Shown piece by piece: positions 59,890 to 64,000 of a stretch of 64,000 nt of DNA. The translations under genes and the position numbers were made by a program. Origin of the DNA: Thermoprotei archaeon (GTDB lineage Archaea > Thermoproteota > Thermoprotei > Thermoproteales > B15-G16); NCBI GenBank assembly GCA_003649205.1, contig QMRC01000004.1, positions 1 through 64,000 on the forward strand. Reading direction: 5' to 3'. The notes under the pieces are model-generated. The model saw only the letters and a program-made list of their open reading frames with translations, was not told the DNA's origin and ran no database searches. Within the stretch, counting starts at the first letter, position 1. Every line of letters starts with the position of its first letter.

Positions 59890-59922
59890 ATTCTGTTAGG
59901 TACCTAATTCTGTTAGTTACCT
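59890..59922. repeat. Tandem 16-bp direct repeat ATTCTGTTAG(G/T)TACCT upstream of the nucleotidyltransferase promoter
   Basis: Copies at 59890-59905 and 59907-59922; embedded palindrome TTAGGTACCTAA. Confidence 0.7.
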
Positions 59923-59994
59923 GTCCAAGTAAATAAAGTTGGGTCATGTTTCATTGAGTGAGTACTCGATCACTACGTACCTACATCTACGTAC

Positions 59995-60375
59995 TCACTT
60001 ATCTTCCCTACATTGAAGGTACTTAACTACTTCACTAACTACAGCTTCTACACTACACCCCTGAATAACATTAATGCCTAGTCTAGTTAGTAGTTCTCTC
60101 GCCTCTTCCTCAACACTATTCGCAACAACTATATACTCACTTTCCGTATCCATTCTAGCTGCAAGTATGTTAAATACGTCACTAGAGCTAACACTATCTT
60201 TAAAGAGTAGAGCTATTATCCTACTACCTCTCCTACATATAGCTACATCACATATGAAGTCACTACCGGATAGTCCTCTAATAGGTGCTCTACACCTAAT
60301 TTCATACCCTAGAGGTTGTAGGTACTTCTTCAACTTCTCAATTAGCTCACGGAGTGCTGTGTTGTTGATTTTCAT
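59995..60375 (-). CDS. Small restriction-endonuclease (Mrr)-fold protein, probably inactive
   Basis: IRGLSG-x-x-FICDV motif, VSSSDV, EEARELLTRLGINVI; no ExK; 4-nt overlap with the KaiC-like gene. Confidence 0.6.
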   Translation of the reverse strand: MKINNTALRELIEKLKKYLQPLGYEIRCRAPIRGLSGSDFICDVAICRRGSRIIALLFKDSVSSSDVFNILAARMDTESEYIVVANSVEEEARELLTRLGINVIQGCSVEAVVSEVVKYLQCREDK

Positions 60376-61745
60376 ACCTCGAGCTTCCTCAAGTGTAGTT
60401 TTCTATCACTGAAATATAATAGATACTCAATGGGGTCGGACCACCTTAGCTTGTTCTTCAATACCATCAATGTTCTTACTAGTCCTCTCTTCACTTTTCT
60501 AAATCTCAACCATATGATGTTATCAGCTATTGCTGATACTGCTGGGTCCTTACCTGGTTTCTCATCTGTTGTAAATATCGTGGTTATTCCGTAGGCCTTC
60601 AGTATCTTACATAGGTCACGTATTGTGTGTACGTACAGTTCTCTACCTATTACTCTCCTTATGGATGATATACCGTCGAATATCACTAGGTCAGGTAGTG
60701 TATCTCTTCTAACGAACTTACTCACTATAGCACTTGGTGTTATGGACTTAGGATCTACGAACAGTATCTGTAGGTATGGTCTTAGCTTGTCTACTGGGTA
60801 CGATAGGGTTTCTAGTGTTTGCTGAAGTTGTTCAGTAGGTTCTTCAAAACTTATGTACAGTACCTTCTTTCCCCTCATTGCGTTTTCAGCAGCTATTATT
60901 AGTGATAGTAATGTCTTTCCTGTCCCTACATGTCCCTGAAGTAGTGTTACAGAGCCCCTGTAGAGTCCACCACCGAGGACTTCATCTAGCTCGCTTATGT
61001 ACGTTTTAAGCAATTCCCTATAATCTACGTTTGCTCTAACTTCAAGAGGTACTGGATTGAGTACAGTAAATCCTTCAGGTGGTCCAATTACGAATTGATA
61101 CACAACTTGCTCTACTGGTCTACCTCTCATCTTCCTAATCTCCAAGTACCTTACTGGTATTGTCCAAGCTTTACCTCTTCTCTGGTATAGTACTACTACG
61201 GCATCAACCATGAATTCCTCTATTCCAAGACCTATGACCTGTGCTCCATAGGGTAGCTCAGCTATTAGCAGTGTTACAGCACCTAAACCCTTCGATATCG
61301 TCTTAAGTACATTCCTTATCAGTGTTCTTGCTTTTGCCTCACCTAATTCCCTAATGAATGGTGTTATCGAATCTATGACAACTCTCTTCGCATTGAGAGA
61401 TACAACTGCTTTAACTAGTTTATCAGCTAGAACATCAATTGATTCAGTACCCAGTGGTGGTAGTAGCTCTATGTACTTAAACACTCTTCTCTCCTCTAGC
61501 TCTCTGAAGTCCATTCCTAGATCCTTCATGTACATGTAGAACTCTTCTCTTGGCTCATGGAGACTGATGTACACTCCTGGCTCACCAAATCTCTTCGCAC
61601 CTTCATACACGAACTTAGCTGCAAACGTAGTCTTTCCAGAACCTGGATTACCCGCTACGAGAACTACTGTTCCCGGTGTAAATCCTCCACCAATAGCTTC
61701 ATCAAATCCGGGAATTCCCGTTGGTACTTTCTCCATCTTTCCCAT
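60372..61745 (-). CDS. KaiC-like double-domain ATPase
   Basis: TGIPGFD, GNPGSGKT, VIDS, KMRG; second domain GHVGTGKT, SFEE, IADNII; start moved to ATG 61745 (SD GAGGT). Confidence 0.9.
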   Translation of the reverse strand: MGKMEKVPTGIPGFDEAIGGGFTPGTVVLVAGNPGSGKTTFAAKFVYEGAKRFGEPGVYISLHEPREEFYMYMKDLGMDFRELEERRVFKYIELLPPLGTESIDVLADKLVKAVVSLNAKRVVIDSITPFIRELGEAKARTLIRNVLKTISKGLGAVTLLIAELPYGAQVIGLGIEEFMVDAVVVLYQRRGKAWTIPVRYLEIRKMRGRPVEQVVYQFVIGPPEGFTVLNPVPLEVRANVDYRELLKTYISELDEVLGGGLYRGSVTLLQGHVGTGKTLLSLIIAAENAMRGKKVLYISFEEPTEQLQQTLETLSYPVDKLRPYLQILFVDPKSITPSAIVSKFVRRDTLPDLVIFDGISSIRRVIGRELYVHTIRDLCKILKAYGITTIFTTDEKPGKDPAVSAIADNIIWLRFRKVKRGLVRTLMVLKNKLRWSDPIEYLLYFSDRKLHLRKLEV

Positions 61746-61764
61746 AGTCGATACCTCACATGCA

Positions 61765-61812
61765 TCAGCCGGTGTTGGCCTCTTCATCAATCGTTCGTGA
61801 GACAGTCATCAT
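61765..61812 (-). ncRNA. C/D-box guide sRNA (probable 23S peptidyl-transferase-region targets)
   Basis: ATGATGA-CTGTCTCACGA-ACGA-TTG-ATGAAGA-GGCCAACACCGG-CTGA; guides complement UCGUGAGACAG and GGUGUUGGCC. Confidence 0.88.
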
Positions 61813-61870
61813 CCTTGCCTAACCGTTTCCATACCCCAATACTTATACCTTTCTCGTTACCACAATAGAA

Positions 61871-63472
61871 CTAGCTCTGTCTTCTCTCTAGGTACTCAAT
61901 TACTACTGTTCCATAGCTACTTGTGCTAGGTACCTCAAACAATCTGAATACTCTCGGAATGTACTTCAGTAGATCTGTTGCAGTTATCCTACCTCCCATC
62001 TCTCTAACTGCTAAGTCACCTGCAAGTCCATTTATAAACGCCGCAACCGCTGCAGCTCTTACTGGTGTACTCCAGCACAGGAGTGCTGCTACTAGACCTG
62101 TAAGTACGTCACCTGTACCACCAACTGCCATTGCTTGATTACCCGTTGCGTTTATCTTCAATACCTTACCGTCTGTGACTATGTCCTGTGGTCCCTTGAT
62201 GAGTAGCGTACATCCTAGCTTTCTTGCCCACTCAATAGCTACTTCACATCTCTCCTCTAGCTTATCTGGTGGAGGTAGTTCTTGACCTGTAAGTATTCGG
62301 AATTCTCCAGCATGTGGGGTCACCACAGCTTTTTCATAGAGTAGATCATGTCTTTCTCTAAGCACTTTAATGCCATCTGCATCGATAACCACACTTTTTC
62401 CCGATTCCTTTAAGTACTTCATCAGTTCTGTAACCGCATCGCGTACATCATCCACCGTAGTTAGTCCTGGACCTATAGCTACCACATCAGCCCTGTTTAC
62501 TAGCTCTAGAAGTGTGGGTATGTGTCTTGGTGATACGTAGTCACCGGGTAGTGCTTTAACTATGAGATTTGGTGAGTAAGACCTCACAACACTTGCTACG
62601 GTTGATGGTGTAGCTACTATGACTAAGTCGACTCCAGCACTTAATGCTGCTAGAGCTGTTAGCGCTGGTGCACCACTGTACTCAACTGAACCACCAATAA
62701 CCAGTACCCTTCCTCTATCACCCTTCTTTACATAAGGACTCCACTTCGGTAGTGTATACCTCGCATCACCGGGACCTACGAGTAATTCAGCTTCCGGTGG
62801 TATACCTATGTCAACTACAATCACGTCACCACTGTACTCCTTAGCTTTCAGTAGACCTTCCTTAACCTTGTGAAAGGTAACGGTTACAGTAGCTTTGATA
62901 GCTTGTCCAAGTACTTCACCTGTATCTGCACTTAATCCACTAGGTACATCAACAGATACGATAGGTATCTTCCTCTCCTCTCGAATGCTATTGATTAACT
63001 CAATGCATTTAGCGTAGATACCACGTACAGTACCTCTCACACCTATACCGAGAATAGCATCTACCACGCAGTCAGTACTCATCAGGAGAGACCTCAGCAC
63101 CTGTAGATCATCCACCTCCTTGATAACTACCTTTTCGATACAGTTCATTAGCTGGAGAGTAGACCAATTTCTCCTAGCTTCGTCAGTCCTTATGTCCTTT
63201 GGATCTCCAAGAAGAGCAACTGAGACATCATACCCTCTACAGCTGAGGTACCTTGCAGCTACAAACCCATCACCACCATTATTACCTAAGCCGCACACAA
63301 CAACTACCCTCTTTCCACACCCAACGTACTTAGTAACTACATCAGCTACAGACCTACCAGCTACCTCCATCATCTGTAGACTGGATATCCCAAGTGCTCT
63401 AGCATTTTCCTCAGCAATGTACATGTCACGAACTTTAATGACTTGAGGAAGGTACTTCAGGAGCTTTCTCAC
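61871..63472 (-). CDS. nnr: Bifunctional NAD(P)HX epimerase/dehydratase (YjeF)
   Basis: GNNGGDG, DVPSG, KGDRG, IDADG, TPHAGEF, GGTGDVLTG; start at GTG 63472 after GGAGGTGA. Confidence 0.95.
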   Translation of the reverse strand: MRKLLKYLPQVIKVRDMYIAEENARALGISSLQMMEVAGRSVADVVTKYVGCGKRVVVVCGLGNNGGDGFVAARYLSCRGYDVSVALLGDPKDIRTDEARRNWSTLQLMNCIEKVVIKEVDDLQVLRSLLMSTDCVVDAILGIGVRGTVRGIYAKCIELINSIREERKIPIVSVDVPSGLSADTGEVLGQAIKATVTVTFHKVKEGLLKAKEYSGDVIVVDIGIPPEAELLVGPGDARYTLPKWSPYVKKGDRGRVLVIGGSVEYSGAPALTALAALSAGVDLVIVATPSTVASVVRSYSPNLIVKALPGDYVSPRHIPTLLELVNRADVVAIGPGLTTVDDVRDAVTELMKYLKESGKSVVIDADGIKVLRERHDLLYEKAVVTPHAGEFRILTGQELPPPDKLEERCEVAIEWARKLGCTLLIKGPQDIVTDGKVLKINATGNQAMAVGGTGDVLTGLVAALLCWSTPVRAAAVAAFINGLAGDLAVREMGGRITATDLLKYIPRVFRLFEVPSTSSYGTVVIEYLERRQS

Positions 63473-63559
63473 GTACTCACCTCCGTAGAGCGCATGGAGG
63501 TACCTCAAGCTCTAAGGTACTTAGGTAAGTTTTTAAGTTGTATTAACGGACTCTACTCC

Positions 63560-63611
63560 TGGATGATGTAGGAGGTGATCTCGGATAGGTGAAGAGGATA
63601 GCAGATGCTGA
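63560..63611 (+). ncRNA. C/D-box sRNA candidate 1 of tandem cluster
   Basis: ATGATGT-AGGAGGTGATCT-CGGA-TAG-GTGAAGA-GGATAGCAGATG-CTGA. Confidence 0.75.
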
Positions 63612-63627
63612 CTCTCAACTACTGGTA

Positions 63628-63680
63628 GCGATGAGGAGGAGGCCAGTGGGCTGATCTCTGATGAACGGCAAAAGCTCTGA
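63628..63680 (+). ncRNA. C/D-box sRNA candidate 2 of tandem cluster
   Basis: GCGATGA-GGAGGAGGCCAGTGGG-CTGA-TCT-CTGATGA-ACGGCAAAAGCT-CTGA. Confidence 0.78.
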
Positions 63681-63704
63681 GCTATGATCTCTCTCGAGTA
63701 TACC

Positions 63705-63761
63705 TGGATGAAATACATGGGATATTCAGATAGGTGAAGAAGCTCGGGCAATATCAATTGA
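63705..63761 (+). ncRNA. Degenerate C/D-box sRNA candidate 3
   Basis: TGGATGA...CAGA-TAG-GTGAAGA...TTGA; shares the CCTGGATGA and GATAGGTGAAGA scaffold with candidate 1. Confidence 0.4.
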
Positions 63762-63799
63762 TTAATTCCGAGCTATTTTCGAGGAAAAATAAGGGGTTT

Positions 63800-64000
63800 T
63801 TACTTAACCTCCTCCAGTACCTTCTTCAGCTCTCCTAGACTCTTCTCTAGCTTAGAGACGTAGCTCCTCAACTTATCCAGCTCATTTTTAAGTGAGTCAT
63901 TTTCCTTAGTTAATTCCTCAACTCTTCTCCTAAGTTCATCTCTTTCCTCTGTTACTTTCTTCAGCTCCTCTCTCAATCTCTCTGCTTCTGATCTAGCTTC
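63800..64000 (-). CDS. 3' end of a coiled-coil protein (partial)
   Basis: Open frame EARSEAERLREELKKVTEERDELRRRVEEL... ending in TAA at 63800-63802. Confidence 0.75.
   Translation of the reverse strand, partial: EARSEAERLREELKKVTEERDELRRRVEELTKENDSLKNELDKLRSYVSKLEKSLGELKKVLEEVK

Noticed and set aside
61746-61790. N-terminal extension of the KaiC-like ORF
   Set aside because: Overlaps a C/D sRNA; ATG 61745 has its own SD
63533-63757. 74-aa minus-strand ORF
   Set aside because: Antisense to the C/D sRNA cluster; no protein features

Overview
64 kb of a crenarchaeal (Thermoprotei-type) archaeal chromosome, inferred from Rpo8, SmAP3, aCPSF1, thermosome, CarS, archaeosine TGT and BHB-type tRNA introns. 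Most of the window is housekeeping: cysS, rpl37e-Sm, aCPSF1-psmB, slyD, rps17e, thermosome, tgtA, sua5, nnr and a form III-like RuBisCO with ribose-1,5-bisphosphate isomerase. It has three tRNAs (Glu, Ala, and a two-intron Trp) and about ten C/D-box guide sRNA candidates that the ORF track misses. There are two type IV pilus-like loci, ABC and ECF transporters, a VapBC pair, an orphan cas6 and a decaying accessory patch after tRNA-Trp. The most striking candidate new system is a four-gene module at 23118-25988: a roadblock protein, an MglA/Rup-type small GTPase, a longin-like/winged-helix protein and a degenerate SAM-methyltransferase-fold protein. Its parts list recalls eukaryotic Ragulator/Rag/GATOR1/SAMTOR signalling. 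Also notable are an eIF2B-alpha-like pseudo-isomerase in the RuBisCO operon, a RuBisCO with Asp at the Lys177-equivalent site, and a tRNA-Trp intron with a possible self-guide. All family assignments come from motif reading by eye; no searches were run.
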